Positions 1 to 13,614 are shown, counted from the stretch's first letter. The stretch: DNA of 64,000 nt from Haliotis rubra (GCF_003918875.1 NW_025766936.1:558001-622000); one strand, 5' to 3'. Program-made: numbers and translations. Notes: generated from the letters alone by a model not told the origin.

Positions 1-24
1 GCGGCGTTAAACAACAAACAAACC
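1..24 (+). mobile_element. 3' tail of a SINE, cut by the window edge
   Basis: gcggcgttaaacaacaaacaaacc resembles the 3' end (gcggcgtaaaac plus short-repeat tail) of the SINE copies at 28652 and 41570 read on their sense strand. Very short match. Confidence 0.35.
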
Positions 25-237
25 ATACAATTCTTCATGAAGGGCAGCTTCGTTGAGAGTGGTCGTTGTTGTTGACATGATTCTACATGCCAACATCAAC
101 CATGAAGTTCAAGAAAGCATTGAAATCCAAAGTGAGAAGCCAGCCACTAACCAAGACTAGGTCATATACCTTCCCAGTGTCTACTCCATTGTGCTATAAT
201 TATCGGCCTCATCTTACATTGTCTTACTGTTTATCTC

Positions 238-1154
238 ATTGGCTTCACCCTTACAGTGTCATGTTTCTACATCAATCCTATCTAATTGGCTTCACCCTTA
301 CAGTGTCATGTTTCTACATCAATCCTATCTAATTGGCTTCACCCTTACAGTGTCATGTTTCTACATCAATCCTATCTAATTGGCTTCACCCTTACAGTGT
401 CATGTTACTACATCAATCCTATCTAATTGGCTTCACCCTTACAGTGTCATGTTTCTACATCAATCCTATCTAATTGGCTTCACCCTTACAGTGTCATGTT
501 TCTACATCAATCCTATCTAATTGGCTTCACCTTTACAGTGTCATGTTACTACATCAATCCTATCTAATTGGCTTCACCCTTACAGTGTCATGTTTCTACA
601 TCAATCCTATCTAATTGGCTTCACCTACATCAATCCTACAGTGTCATGTTTCTACATCAATCCTATCTCATTGGCTTCACATCCTTACAGTGTCATGTTT
701 CTACATCAATCCTATCTAATTGGCTTCACCCTAACAGTGTCATGTTTCTACATCAATCCTATCTAATTGGCTTCACCCTTACAGTGTCATGTTTCTACAT
801 CAATCCTATCTAATTGGCTTCACCTTTACAGTGTCATGTTATTGACTACATCAATCCTATCTAATTGGCTTCACCCTTACAGTGTCATGTTTCTACATCA
901 ATCCTATCTAATTGGCTTCACCCTTACAGTGTCATGTTTCTACATCAATCCTATCTAATTGGCTTCACCCTTACAGTGTCATGTTACTACATCAATCCTA
1001 TCTCATTGGCTTCACACTAACAGTGTTATGTTTCCACATCAATCCTATCTAATTGGCTTCACCCTTACAGTGTTATGTTTCCACATCAATCCTATGTAAT
1101 TGGCTTCACCCTTACAGTGTCATGTTTCTACATCAATCCTATCTAATTGGCTTC
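238..1154. repeat. 47-bp tandem repeat (~19 copies)
   Basis: Unit aattggcttcacccttacagtgtcatgtttctacatcaatcctatct repeated with few variants. It explains the repetitive ORFs at 87-1238. Confidence 0.95.
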
Positions 1155-1239
1155 GTATTATATTGTTATCTTTTTACATTCTCCCACTTTGAGTTGTGTA
1201 ATCATGTTTTATCTATATATATTCACTCTGTGCACTAAC

Positions 1240-2950
1240 TCAACGTTAAAGTAGTAAAAAAGCTACACCAGCAGGCTTTTAACAAAGTTCAAACTTGGGC
1301 CGATAAATGGAACGCCGAAAAAACACTGGAGTAGTCTTCAAAAGTAATCATATGCGCCCAATTACGACATCAATTCAGCTTAAAATAGTTCCATCAATTT
1401 TTTACAAAGCAAACTGAATTTGTAGGCCTTATATTCGATCAGCACCTCATCCCGGATGCCCACATTACCAATCTAATAAGCAGGGGCACAAAAAACCTAA
1501 ACACCCTGGTTGGCTCTGACTGGGGGACCTGTGGGGACACCCTGTCAACATCATATACATCACTAATGACCTCAAAAATAGACTACATCTGCTACATCAC
1601 TCCAAACAAATAAATACTAAACTAAACTCAATACAATACAACGCCCTAAAAACAAGCACACAGCAAGGAACCTCACTTAACATAAGCACTACCAGGCGAA
1701 ATCCACTTAGAACTAAGACCATAACAATTAACCAATTTTCTGGGCATCAAACCAAACAAACCCCTCAATCAAACAACTGATACATAGCAAGATGTGCTCA
1801 AACCTCCAACAGCTTGTTCGCAAAACCAACTTCTAACCCCAGTTTTGCAACGCATTACAAACCTCATAACTGAAAACAACCTAAATAAGCTAAAACAAAA
1901 CACCACCCCATCCAGTGTCCTCGCACCTAAACTAAAAATTAATAAAATAAACACAAAACTCTCGTCCGAAATAAATTTTAAAAAAACTAACAAAACTAGC
2001 AAAAAAACAAAACACTAGCTTACATACACTGGTCAAACTGGTGCCACATTCACACAGACGGATCCTTTGACCCCTACAAAACATGTTTTGGCATCCACAC
2101 ATCACAACCCTCAAGACAAACTGAATGATTCACACTCTCAGACAGCCAATATATGTTTCACAGCAGAATTAATGGGCATGGTAACAGCACTCCATGACCC
2201 GCTCATCAAACAACACAATACAATTTTAATTCTAAGACTCACTCAGTAGGCTGGAAGCAATCAAAATCCAAACCACCAAAAATCAACCTAAACTAATAAA
2301 CGAGATACTGAAAACCAGTCAGGATCTACAGGCCTTAGGTAGAGTTCATATTGATCCCTGGCCATGTTGCTGTGTTTGACAATGAACATGCAGACCAAAC
2401 AACCAAAGTGGCACTTAAACTCCCAGAACTTAAATATACCCTAATATAACTTAAATGTACCTAAATATGCAAAAAAAACTATCAAAACAAGAAATCTACC
2501 TAAAGTGACAAAGTAAATACCAAAATTCAAATTTTAAACTAAAACATTTACTCCAAAAACTACTCCAAAAAACTAAAAAACTACCATGTCCATAAATACA
2601 AAACTATTGACAGGGCAATAATCAAATTACAAACAGGTCACAAAAAAAGTCCCATCTACATAATTTTTTTCAAAAATCACCTAACAGACAAATGCACACA
2701 CTGCAATGAACCAGAAACGCCCTACTACACTGCCAACACTGCCAACAACACAGGATGGTGCTCCAGAGTTCACTGGACACTAACACTACCAAATCCCACT
2801 AAATAGCACCCAAACCTTCAAAGCCCTGGACATATCACTTATCAAAACTGGTCTTTTAGGTGGCTTATAATCCCCCATAACCAACTAGTGCTAACATAAC
2901 AAAATTAATACAAAACAAAACATAAAACAAACAAAACAAATGTCAACCAA
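1240..2950 (+). mobile_element. Degraded non-LTR retrotransposon (I-group-like LINE with RNase H), 3' portion
   Basis: Frame-broken motifs in order: RT thumb VGLIFDQHL (~1422), GSDWG (~1512), RNase H HTDGS (~2052), FTAELMGM (~2157), IPGHVAVFDNEHADQ (~2354), CTHCNEPET zinc knuckle (~2693). Followed by an A-rich tail at ~2900-2950. Confidence 0.8.
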
Positions 2951-3559
2951 AACATCCCATAGTTCATCTATGCTTTAACCTTTAACTGTGTTAATCAAAC
3001 CATGGATAAGTCATAATATGTCACTATATTAAAGTTGTAGGGTTTATCAACAGTTTAGATTTAAACCACATCAACCAACAGGTATGGGTTGTCTGAAGAT
3101 ATGTCCTGCAACTCCTCCAGTGAGAGTGAATGCTATTTCTTGTTTAATGTCTTCTCAAAGTTGTCTGCAAGTGTAGCAGGCCACAAATGTTTCTTAATGG
3201 TTCATATATTATTGTCAGTGATATTCTGAAAGAAACACTTCTGGTAATGTAATGTTCAGATTCAACTGGTGTACAACAGTAAAGTCAAACACTGAGTTAA
3301 ACAGTTCACTGGAACCTACAACACAGTCCTCAAGACTTGCACCTCTGCTAACATGTAAATGCACCATGGGGGTCATCATGTTGATCTGCCATTAACAATG
3401 TGGCTGTCACAGCAGCAACAAAGATTATTATCTTTTTTTCACATAGTTGTTTGTCTCAAGAGTCCCTTGGAGCAGGTGGAATGTCAAAACTATCCATAAT
3501 ATCCAAGCCTCCTAGGTATTAAGATTTCAGTTGAGCTATAATATGTATGCTACTAATAT

Positions 3560-4300
3560 ATTTTATTGAGGGTGTACGATAATCTATGCGGGTAGGCAGG
3601 TACATGCTATGCGTTTTGAGAAACTGTTTCGTTTATGTATATGGGCCTGTTGCCTTCGTACATAATGAAGATTTGCTGATGATGACCTGTTCTGGCAATA
3701 AAATCGCCACAAGATGTTATGTGATGCGTTATAAGAGCACTTTAGTTCTAAAATAGCACATGTTCAACTGCCTTCTTTTCTCTGGCGTCACCCACAGAAG
3801 GAAAGCTATCGGGTGAATAGAAACAAACCTTAGTATGACATCTATCTCCAGACAAAATGAATTTGCATTTAATGTGAGACACATGCAGTCACTGTCGGCT
3901 GCACCGCCCACATTCCTTCAACCGGTTATGTTATATATATTGAACACCACCTCTTGTATTACAATCTCCCAAATTAAAAAGAATGATGTACATCCATTCT
4001 TTTCTCACAGTAATAAAACTTAACATCTGAAACCTGATAATTCAGTAACGTTATTATTTTATAGTTTAGATTCCAGGATCTAGTTTTTCCAAACGATATT
4101 AGCCGTAAAAATATCATAAAATTATCTTAGGGAATGCGTAGACTGTCGCAGCATATTTTAAAAACCACATTAGCAATAGCTTGTGGCATGATCTTCATTT
4201 AACTCCAAACAAATTCCATACCTGTTGTATACCTCTCAGTCATCCAAGATAGCTGCATACTTTATCGTATAAATGTTTTCAAGAAATATTCCATTTCCTG
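3560..4300 (-). pseudogene. Possible decayed exons including a degenerate CCCH zinc finger
   Basis: Minus-strand translation after a tttcag acceptor (~4027) gives ...ECGRCSRQ*LHVSHIKCKFILSGDRCHTKVCFYSP (C-x8-C-x4-C-x3-P, CCC one change from His CAC) with in-frame stops. An exon-like ag...gt segment lies at ~4224-4297. Confidence 0.2.
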
Positions 4301-7300
4301 TTGAAATATTAACAGTTCATGTATGTAAACTGTTGTCATTTAAATCGACCCTTCGAACAAACGAAGAACGCTCCACAGATTTCTCGTCAGAAATAATGTA
4401 TATGCCGATAACGAGTCCCATAACTACGTAGTCGATAGCCAAAATATGTATTTTCTATCGCAGTATATTCTGATAGAAAAGTGAAACAACTTACCTGTTG
4501 GATAATTTTAGAAGTACCAGCAGCGGATGGGGTCGTGTAGACTATAGTAGTGACCGTGACCTTTTTGATAATTCAGGGGCAGTTAATCAAATTTCACACT
4601 TCAGCTCAGAGTGATTTCCCTTTGTACGTGTGGCTTGTGACGAGCCCTTGCTCAAAGTTGTGGTCAATATAAAGCGCAAATTTAAGTTCCGCAAAGTTAT
4701 GTCATCTGTATTGCATTTATGCACTTATCTTCGTCGCATTTTATAAACGTAAAACATTCTACATCTGTGGCGAAGCGCAAAAGCATCATCGTTATTAGTA
4801 CATAACGTTTAGTTTCTGTGGTAGCAAATGTAACTGTTTTCGTTGTTTTTGCAATTAAACTAACATCTAGATCACGTAATCACTGTCCGTTGAACAATTC
4901 CTTTTTTTTAAATACAGGTAACTTCTGAGATTAACGCTATACATGTAGATATGTTATTCAATGTAATATTCAATATATTCAAATGTTGACAGCAAACTAA
5001 GGAACTTTTGCACAAATGAAAACAATAGAATTGTCAACTAACATAAACATGGTGATTTCGTAAGTGCAATATAATGGGGGGTTTTCAACTCACTGGGGTT
5101 TTACCGTTTAAAATGCCAGTAACATTTGACACTGTCCAAAATTCACTGTCCATGACCTTGAATGCTGAATTCGAATAACAATAGTGTGGTAACACTTCTG
5201 GTTTTGATTGTAACATTTCTCGCATTTCAAAACATGTCTTTGCATCAGCATCTGTTAGTATCACACTCCGGCGCAGTGATGACTTAGCATAACATCACTG
5301 CCACAGGCTAATTTGCATATCACGTGACCGGACATTTCTCTTGTTTGTAAACAAACGCGCATATTCATAATAAGAAGAGACTGGCCTTATGCAAGCTTTT
5401 CCGCGCGCTCTTCGCAATGTTTTACATTGCTACATATGTATTCTTCAATAACTGAGACAGTAAGGTTTATGACAGTACATACTTAGATATCGCACTGGCT
5501 GCATCGTTTGCTCTCAGCTTCGATGACAGCACGTGGAGCCGTACAAGCTATGTAAACAAAGGATCGCTACGCAAATCGAAAGAGTGTTACATGTTTTAGG
5601 ATATTTTCTCAGTGAAACTAAACCATTCTATCAAAGATGTTTAGTTAGATGTGTAGACTCGTCAAAAATAAAATGGTTAAGGAATATGTACATTATATTG
5701 AGTGGACGGTGCAAGATGTGACGAATCGTCACGTCTTTCTGGCCTGTGGCAGAGGTACTATGCTGGCTGGCCGCATGGACCTCTGGGTAGGAGAGCACTG
5801 TTAGTATACCCTTGTGTTAAGGTTGTTGGAATCCTTCTATTATAAGAAGCAAACGTCTATATGACGCATTTATGCAGGAGTGTGTGGAATGTCGAATAGA
5901 TGCGTGTAAAATTTGGCCAGACAATGTGGTCTTGAATTCAGTGATATTTCTCCCTAAAACAAGTTGTTTGCTGGCAGCTGCTTGGAAATTCCCGTGACGT
6001 CATTGTGAAACGCCCCGCTTGTTCAGTCTGAAACACAAAACAGTTCTCTGTCAGAGTTACGACAGCAGCTTTGTGCAACCTCCGCCAGGTTTGTGACAGA
6101 TGTCGTAACTCACACATGATGTTCCTGATGGGCTGGGTCGATTCTCGCACATATGGATCCGTGGAGTTACGAGTGCTTCATTCACTCGTGTTCAGCGCAC
6201 GAGCCCCAAACACACGGGGTGTGGGAGACGATATGACAGACGTAAGGAAGTATTCAGTAGTGAAAATCCGACTTCCCACACTCTTTCAAGGTGCAATATT
6301 AACTCATCAAATGATATAACCTCAAACTTTAGAACTACGAAACTAAATATATTAGATCAGAAGAGTGGAAGAGGTTGTATATACACAGGAGAGTAACGTT
6401 GTCCACTCACACGCGAAGACGACACAGCATCTGACTAAAAACACCGGCCATGTAGTTTTGTCCGTACAGGGGCAAATAATGGGAGCTAAATACCAGGGGC
6501 TAGATTTTCGAAACTCTTAGTAACGATTAATCTTTAGAAGTTATTTCAAAACCAGGATTTATGAAGTTTAAGAAAAGACACAGTCCACATGTGGCATGGA
6601 CGCTATTCTTGTGATGAAAATGTCATAACAACACAAACACAAAAGCATACGTCAAAACGTGTTTCAAGTGCAAGAAATGTTATAATCGATCGGTATAGCA
6701 CATTATTTCGATTTGATGACAATGAGCAAAAAGATATTTTGCATTTTGCCCTTCGTTTGAACACGCCCCTGACAAAGTCGAGGACGAAAGAAAGGCACGT
6801 TATTCAAGATGACAACGTACAAAGGTATTGAAAATACAAGTCTGGCCCATACTCTGTGAAGGTTCATACTCTAGCGAACTCACACAGAGTTGAAGCCTAT
6901 TTCCTAACTGGCTTAATAGTGATGGATTTACTAATGTCCACTCTGCGCTCTCCCAACAGTGATATGCGGCGTCAATTGTCAATTGTCTCACGGAGAACTT
7001 CTCGTATACTTCCCTGACAGTCATTCAAAGTGTTTTATTTTTACTTGGTCTTAGGGATACCGTGAATGAGGAGAATGTTTCGTACAAATTGATTTTCAAA
7101 TAATTTAATTTGTTTGAGAAATCTGAAGTGAGTTTTCTCTTATCAACTGAAATCTTTACCCTATCGATGTAGTCAGATGGTATATTTAATCGTCTTGAGA
7201 GGTCTTATTGGACGTTATCAACTTTGTTGTAATATGAAGCTGCTCCATCAGTTTCACCGTTAAATGGGGATATTCTATGTCTGCTTATTTCGACAGATTC

Positions 7301-7326
7301 GCCCGTGACTGGTATGAGCACAAAAT

Positions 7327-8396
7327 TAAACTAGCGTCCAAAAGAAACACCACCAAATATGTTTTCTGGTCTAAAGCAAAACAAAAGCAAGTTATGGTAA
7401 CATTAAATGTTTTATTGCAAAAAGCAATCATTCGGCAACAATATTTAATGGATAACAAGAACAAAATCGGCGCAGCTCGTGATCTAATGTCACATGAATG
7501 ACATTGGGGTGCACTGTCCAGTATTCGATCACCAATGCAGAATCGACTGTTAGCTTTTACAACTTTCTGGGCAGCACATATTGTTCAATACCCGTCCCAA
7601 AGGTGCTCAACTGGGAACAGATCGGGCGACCTCGTCCGTGAAACTTGAAGAGCTGGAACCTGCTTTCGTCACTATAGAGCACTCTTCGCCAGTTTGGCTG
7701 CTGCCAGTGTAGCACAGTCCTGGTCCATCTCAATATGGCACGTCGGTGTTGGCACGTCAACGTCATGCCCTTAAAAGGTCGACAGGCACGGAGATTATGA
7801 TGGCGGAGTCGTCTGGCTACAGTGTGTTTGCTGACTGAATGTCCAAGGCTGTTGGCGCTTGATGACGTCTCAGTGACGTATCGGTTCCTCAGGTGAAACA
7901 CCTGTAAATACTGGACTTCTTGTTGGGTAGTGACCTTCGGTCTAACACTCCTTGGCCTGTCTGCAATAACTGCCAGTCTGTCGTAGACATGTGACAAGTC
8001 TGGCGATGGTGGATTTGCAGCATCCCATTGCCCTAGCCACATGACATTGTGCTGCTCCCATTTGTAGCTTACCGACTGCTCTCTCCCTCTGCTCTGCTGT
8101 TAAACGAGGCATGTTCCTGGTTGTCAATCAATTAACATGATGAAAGAGAATAAACCTGGTGAGCTTTTATACCCTAATATCATACGGGTAACTATTTGTG
8201 CACACTTTCCAATTTACGCGTGTAAATTCGGGTGGTTTTCTTTCATTAAATACGAAATGCACGCGCAAGTGTTCACAGGGAATAGACATGTTGTGTTCGA
8301 GAGATGTGTTTTTAGCTATTTTCGAACAGATTGACAATTATTTTGAAAATTTACAATCATTTTTATTTGGTGACGTTTCTTTTGGACGCAGGTTTA
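7327..8396 (-). mobile_element. Tc1/mariner-family DNA transposon remnant, internally deleted, with TIRs
   Basis: TIRs taaactagcgtccaaaagaaacaccaccaaat (7327) and atttggtgacgtttcttttggacgcaggttta (ends 8396) with terminal TA. Frameshifted transposase: paired-like HTH MPRLTAEQRERAVGKLQMG..., GRPK-like SVRPKVTT, and first catalytic Asp in WRRVLYSDESRF. The rest of the DDE domain is missing. Confidence 0.9.
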
Positions 8397-10254
8397 TTCA
8401 TGTATTTGAAATTAGAGCGAAACTTGAGCTCAGACATCCACTTCCAGTGTAAACGTCAATGAAATGTTCACACGTGAAGGAGCAAAACGTGCCAAGAGTC
8501 CAAACCGTTGAAAGCAGAGTGAAACACAATAACATGCGGTACCCGTCATGGCATTCCACTCAGAGCGTGGGTCACACTCAAACTGTCACGGCCTGTTTCA
8601 CTCCACGTGGGGCCTCCAACGTTACAGGGGATCTCCTGTAGTTGGTTTCACTACCTCCATTTGTGTATTCACTTACATTTACCTGTATTTGTTCATGTTT
8701 GTCTACTCACTTTGAACAACGCACCTGTTATATAACTGTTCCCTTTTGTTCCAGCACTGGAAACAGTGAATGTTCGGGCCTGGTTGTACAAAGGCCTTAA
8801 CACGCAGTACGAAATATTTACCGAGACCGTGTATCACCGTGCTGCATCTCCAATGGAACAAATATGTAGGAAACTGATGCTGCATGCGTGCGTTTCAAGG
8901 TGGGTGGAATGGAATAGCTGCTTATACTTACACTATTCAACCACAATGTGCTGACCCCGAGCCAACAAGACATTGTGTCTTCCGCTCATGATGATTAACG
9001 CCAGCCAGGCTAACAACAAGTACTACGGTTTACCGTCTGAACATTTTAGACCAGCGTGCACACAGGATATTGAGTGACTATCGTGCACACACATTGTCTG
9101 GACGCCACCACAGGTCAATGTCATTCAAACACAGCACAATCAAAAATTAAAAGCGACATATCTTCCACTCGGTTTCTCCTGGACAACATTTAATGTCTTT
9201 CTAAATGTACTGCACCAGTCAGAATACATTTCCATGAACGATCATTATGTCCTAATTCCGTCAGACATCATCGATAACTTTTAATTGTCATATTGCTTCG
9301 ACAGGGGAAATACATTTCTTTTCATTTTCTTCTTACATCGCTCATGTGAAACATTATCATTTTGAGAAATACCGTATTTTTATAACGATGTAACTGTGAT
9401 TGATATTTCGGAAAATTTTATAATTTTACTTTTTACAGTTTGTGAAAAGAAACTACATTTCCACATGTATATTTGTCTAGTTTCCATTTCGTTTCGATAA
9501 ACAGCAAACAAACTAAGTAAGCCCTTCTCCTCTGACCAACTCAATCGATGCAGGAGGCTCTGACAGTTTATGTCTTGATCTGTCTATGTCACAGATCCAG
9601 TGATTACATTCAGTATCGTTTCACCGTTGTAATATGCTAAAAATGGTGGATAGATGAGGTGAGGATTCTAATCTATTTGGACTTTCTTCAAAACAACCAG
9701 GTCACGCTCATACCTGAATTTGTTTCATTATCTTTTACTTCACCAAAGTAGTTAAAATACCACGAGTTTCATGTTATCTTTGAGAGGGACATCGTTAGTG
9801 CCCATGGGGTATGATATTGCCAATCCAGTAACTCGTATATCAGGTATTTCTGAGTAAAGTTTCAATGGTAATGAAGCTAAATTTCCGAGCAAAATTCGTG
9901 GAAATACAACCCATATTACACAACAAGACAAAACCAAGTCACGCGGCCAAACAGCTCAGGAGCGAGAAGAAGCACAGTACTGTTGTTTCTGTTGCAATAA
10001 CTGAAATACAATGATGTATGTGTTCAAAATCCACTCACACCCAGTTCCAGGCAATCAAATTACATTGGCATATTAGTTCACAACACATGTAATGGCGCGA
10101 ATGCATTTCACAGATGAGTTGATGAGTCAGTTGTCAATAACATACAGCAGAGAGTGTTGTTGTGTGACACGATATAGATATCACATTAATCATACTTAAA
10201 ATTAAAATGTATTACATAACTTTATGGATTGTGACTCGCTTTATGACAATGTTA

Positions 10255-10683
10255 ACGATGTCAGATTCAGGTAAGATATGTATGTATGCCGGCAGTGAAA
10301 ACTCACAACGGCGGGATCTGCGCACGATGTCAGATTCAGTTAAGATATGAATGTGTGCCGGCAGTGAAAACTCACAACGGCGGGCATCTGCGCACGATGT
10401 CAGATTCAGTTAAGATATGTATGTGTGCCGGCAGTGAAAACTCACAACGGCGGGCGTCTGTGCACGATGTCAGATTCAGTTAAGATATGAATGTGTGCCG
10501 GCAGTGAAAACTCACAACGGCGGGCGTCTGCGCACGATGTCAGATTCAGTTAAGATATGTGTGTGTGCCGGCAGTGAAAACTCACAACGGCGGGCGTCTG
10601 TGCACGATGTCAGATTCAGTTAAGATATGTGTGTGTGCCGGCAGTGAAAACTCACAACGGCGGGCGTCTGCGCTCGATGTCAG
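10255..10683. repeat. 70-bp tandem repeat (6 copies)
   Basis: acgatgtcagattcag...gcgc recurs at 10255, 10324, 10394, 10464, 10534, 10604. Single copy in sister units (17232, 20433, 52264). Confidence 0.95.
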
Positions 10684-11444
10684 GTCACATTTCAGTTGAT
10701 CGAAGCCTACACAACAGGTCGTGATACATGCGCATGCACGTTCAACAAAGACAAGTAAAGGTTAAATTAAACCTGTGGACGTCCTGACAATGGATACGTC
10801 TGCACAACTGTTATTCTACCGAATCGAGAATCCCACGCAACCACTGGCACATGGATTCATCAATGTTCTTCTATCATTTGACGACCATAAACATAAAATA
10901 ACGTTTGACATATAACGTTTGTCAAACGGACACACATAACAATGAAAATGAAATAGAAGATATGTCACACACTCTGAACCAAACATCAGCAGACAAGTAT
11001 AATAACATTTATTCCTCAATACGTGGACAGAAATGTAACAGTGACAATGAAGACTGGACACACATAACCCTACCATACCTGTAATGTGATACATCAGTAG
11101 AAATAAGTACCCCATGCACACTTAAAACAAACCAAAATAATAACATTATGGCCGGATACGTGGACAGACATGCAACAATGACAGCTGGGCGACTGTATTT
11201 CACATCATAGGCAAACAATAGAACTGTCAATAACGTTACTGCATGATGTCAACAATATCCACATATAATGTAAACATGGGATTCTCCAGCCTGTGCAGCT
11301 GGGGCATGGCCGTAAATCCTCGTTAGTTGGTAGAGAATACTGACAACCAACCGTTAGTTAAATATCAGATCATCCTATTGTCTCTGTGTCCTTCGGTTAC
11401 CTGTCAAAATGTTTATATTTACAATAATCATGGTTTCCGTAATA

Positions 11445-12686
11445 TCAGAAATATGATATCTTCAGGAAAAAACCCACTGTTGTAATGATGAACAGCATGA
11501 AAAACAAAAAGAAGAAAATCCTGCTCATCATTCTGCTGACTCGCTTCCAGGTCATTGGTGGTGGATTCCATGATTCATTCGACTTCTTGTCCAGTGACAG
11601 GATCTCCGTACCAACAGCAGGAGTGCCAAAGATGCATCTCTCCCAGGACCTTGTCATACGTCCCATCCACGACGGAACAGGTCTGATGGCTGAGTCCCGA
11701 TGGAACACTTGCACAATCCAGATGGTCAGGAACACGTAGAGAGAGCTCATGATAAACAGGCCAACAAGAAAGATAGTAAACATAGGTAACGAGTCACCAT
11801 TCTGTGGCAGCATTCCAGTGACGAAGGACAGGGATACAGTGAAAGACAGCAACACTGTGATGGCAAAGGACACCTTCTCGCCAGACTCCACAGGAATGAG
11901 GAACACCACCACATTCACTAATCCAAGCACCAAGACAGGCAGGAGAGTTGTCAGTATCGCCAAAGATGGCTTTCTCTTCAGGCTCATTTTGTAGTATACC
12001 CAAGGAAAATATTTGCCACTGTTTCCAAAGACAACTCTTGATGCAGATGTGTTAGTGATATCCCACTGGCTGTTGGAGTTATACAAACTTAATCCTATAG
12101 AGTTATTTGTCGATCTTAAATCAACTTCTTTCAGACCATTTCTCCAATCAAACGTCTCATAAGTACATTCCTGTTCATCCAAAGGAAAGTTGGTAACATC
12201 CATTTGGCAGAAAGTCTTGAAGGTATCGCCAGGTGACCAAGTCACAATTCCTTCGGCGGTCACTTTCATAACCCCAAAGTCGAGACCCAGAGGCTCAGCA
12301 TCAACCACCTGGTTCCAAACTGTGATGTAAGGTCTCCAAACCTTCCCATAGTCAGGATTTATTTCACTGATTCCTCCATATTCACTGGCGTTCCAGGTTA
12401 GAAACTCATCTTTCCAGGAAACTAAGAAAAACCCGTTAGCTGTCACTGTCTGAGTAACGTCATCAAAATTAGATATGCTGAGAAGGTAAAGTTCCAATGA
12501 GACCGTGATAGAGTCACTGCTGTTCTTGACTGGTCTGACATTTGGGTTGTTGTTTCTGATGATGTCATTGTGTAGGCGAAGTACATGGTGGTCGTCCTGA
12601 CCTCTAGTTGCCCCCAGAAACAACAGTAGACACAGTCCACAGGTCACTCCCTTAAGGTGTCGCACCCCTAGCCCCAAAAAATACAT
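11445..12686 (-). CDS. Divergent nAChR-like Cys-loop ligand-gated ion channel subunit, copy 1 (413 aa, no intron in CDS)
   Basis: Signal peptide, NVRPV, WKDEFLTWN, VWRP, Cys-loop CQMDVTNFPLDEQEC (C-x13-C), pre-M1 KRKP, M1, GEK-M2 (VSFAITVLLSFTV), M3, short loop, M4. No loop C CC. 4-codon deletion in the signal peptide relative to paralogs. Confidence 0.95.
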   Translation of the reverse strand: MYFLGLGVRHLKGVTCGLCLLLFLGATRGQDDHHVLRLHNDIIRNNNPNVRPVKNSSDSITVSLELYLLSISNFDDVTQTVTANGFFLVSWKDEFLTWNASEYGGISEINPDYGKVWRPYITVWNQVVDAEPLGLDFGVMKVTAEGIVTWSPGDTFKTFCQMDVTNFPLDEQECTYETFDWRNGLKEVDLRSTNNSIGLSLYNSNSQWDITNTSASRVVFGNSGKYFPWVYYKMSLKRKPSLAILTTLLPVLVLGLVNVVVFLIPVESGEKVSFAITVLLSFTVSLSFVTGMLPQNGDSLPMFTIFLVGLFIMSSLYVFLTIWIVQVFHRDSAIRPVPSWMGRMTRSWERCIFGTPAVGTEILSLDKKSNESWNPPPMTWKRVSRMMSRIFFFLFFMLFIITTVGFFLKISYF

Positions 12687-13614
12687 CCTCTGCCTTGTAC
12701 TTCAACAGCAATGTGCGTATTCCGATATGCTTTGAGGCAGTAGTGCGCAGTTAACCAAGCACCACCTCACGGTGACGACACAATTAAGGTCTATATCGTT
12801 TTTAGTGTACTGATCATATTGCGAAATGTGATTCATTAACACATACAAAGAATAGCAAACAGAAACCTTTCAGTGATACATTAATGCATTCATGCCTGCA
12901 GGCTATATAGTAATTGAAACGGACAAAAACCGTTTAGAAAATGTAAACGTTACAATAAAAGCATTATTTATTGACGACAATCAATGTAATTGTACCCGTG
13001 AGCTCTCCTGCCTACATCTCTCCACAATAGTCTGTATAATGTCACTTTTTAGAGTTAGAGTTGTCTGACATAACAATACAATATAGGCAGCAAAACACTT
13101 TCCATAATCATAAACCATTCCTGTTAAAAGAAACATTTGTACTATGCCGACCCACCAATGATTCGATCACGATTCCAATAAAAGGTATTTCAAACTGTTC
13201 CCTTCTTCTCAAGAATCCTTACTTCACTGCTTCCGTTTTCTTATGGGTAAATAGTTCTTAATTTCTCGCTTTCTCGACTCTGTCACCATGGGGTAGCATG
13301 TTGACCTATGATGGCAATAGTGAAATGTTCTTAATTACTGATTTATTTGTTTTAAAAATGTACGCTTATGAGCTTTCAATGTAATTTCCAAAATCAACTT
13401 GATCAAAAGGAGTTATAAAAAAATGTTTGCAATAATTTTTCATAAAGGATTCCATTCCTTTTGTCCAAAGATTAATAATGCTCACAGAAGTCTAATATGT
13501 AACTTTAAAGTGATTAAATCTGACGGTATTTTAGGGAGCGTGTGTATGTGTAACGTTTGTCTGCATGATATACATAATTTCCAACGCTCACACATTTAGC
13601 CTAAAAATAGAATG

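Noticed and set aside
87-1238. Repetitive ORFs in the 47-bp array
   Set aside because: The period is not a multiple of 3 and stops recur; non-coding.
5290-5760. Short inverted repeat ctgccacaggc / gcctgtggcag with an octamer motif, as a possible MITE or snRNA promoter
   Set aside because: Only an 11-bp match, with no TSD and no RNA gene identifiable.
11485-11994. Conserved + strand ORFs (MMNSMKNKKK..., MINRPTRK...) recurring in every unit, up to 169 aa at 44744
   Set aside because: They are antisense shadows of the hydrophobic TM-coding regions; conservation follows from the real minus-strand genes.
11445-12686. Assigning a CHRNA/CHRNB or CRT gene symbol
   Set aside because: The genes lack alpha-defining residues, and orthology cannot be established without a phylogeny.
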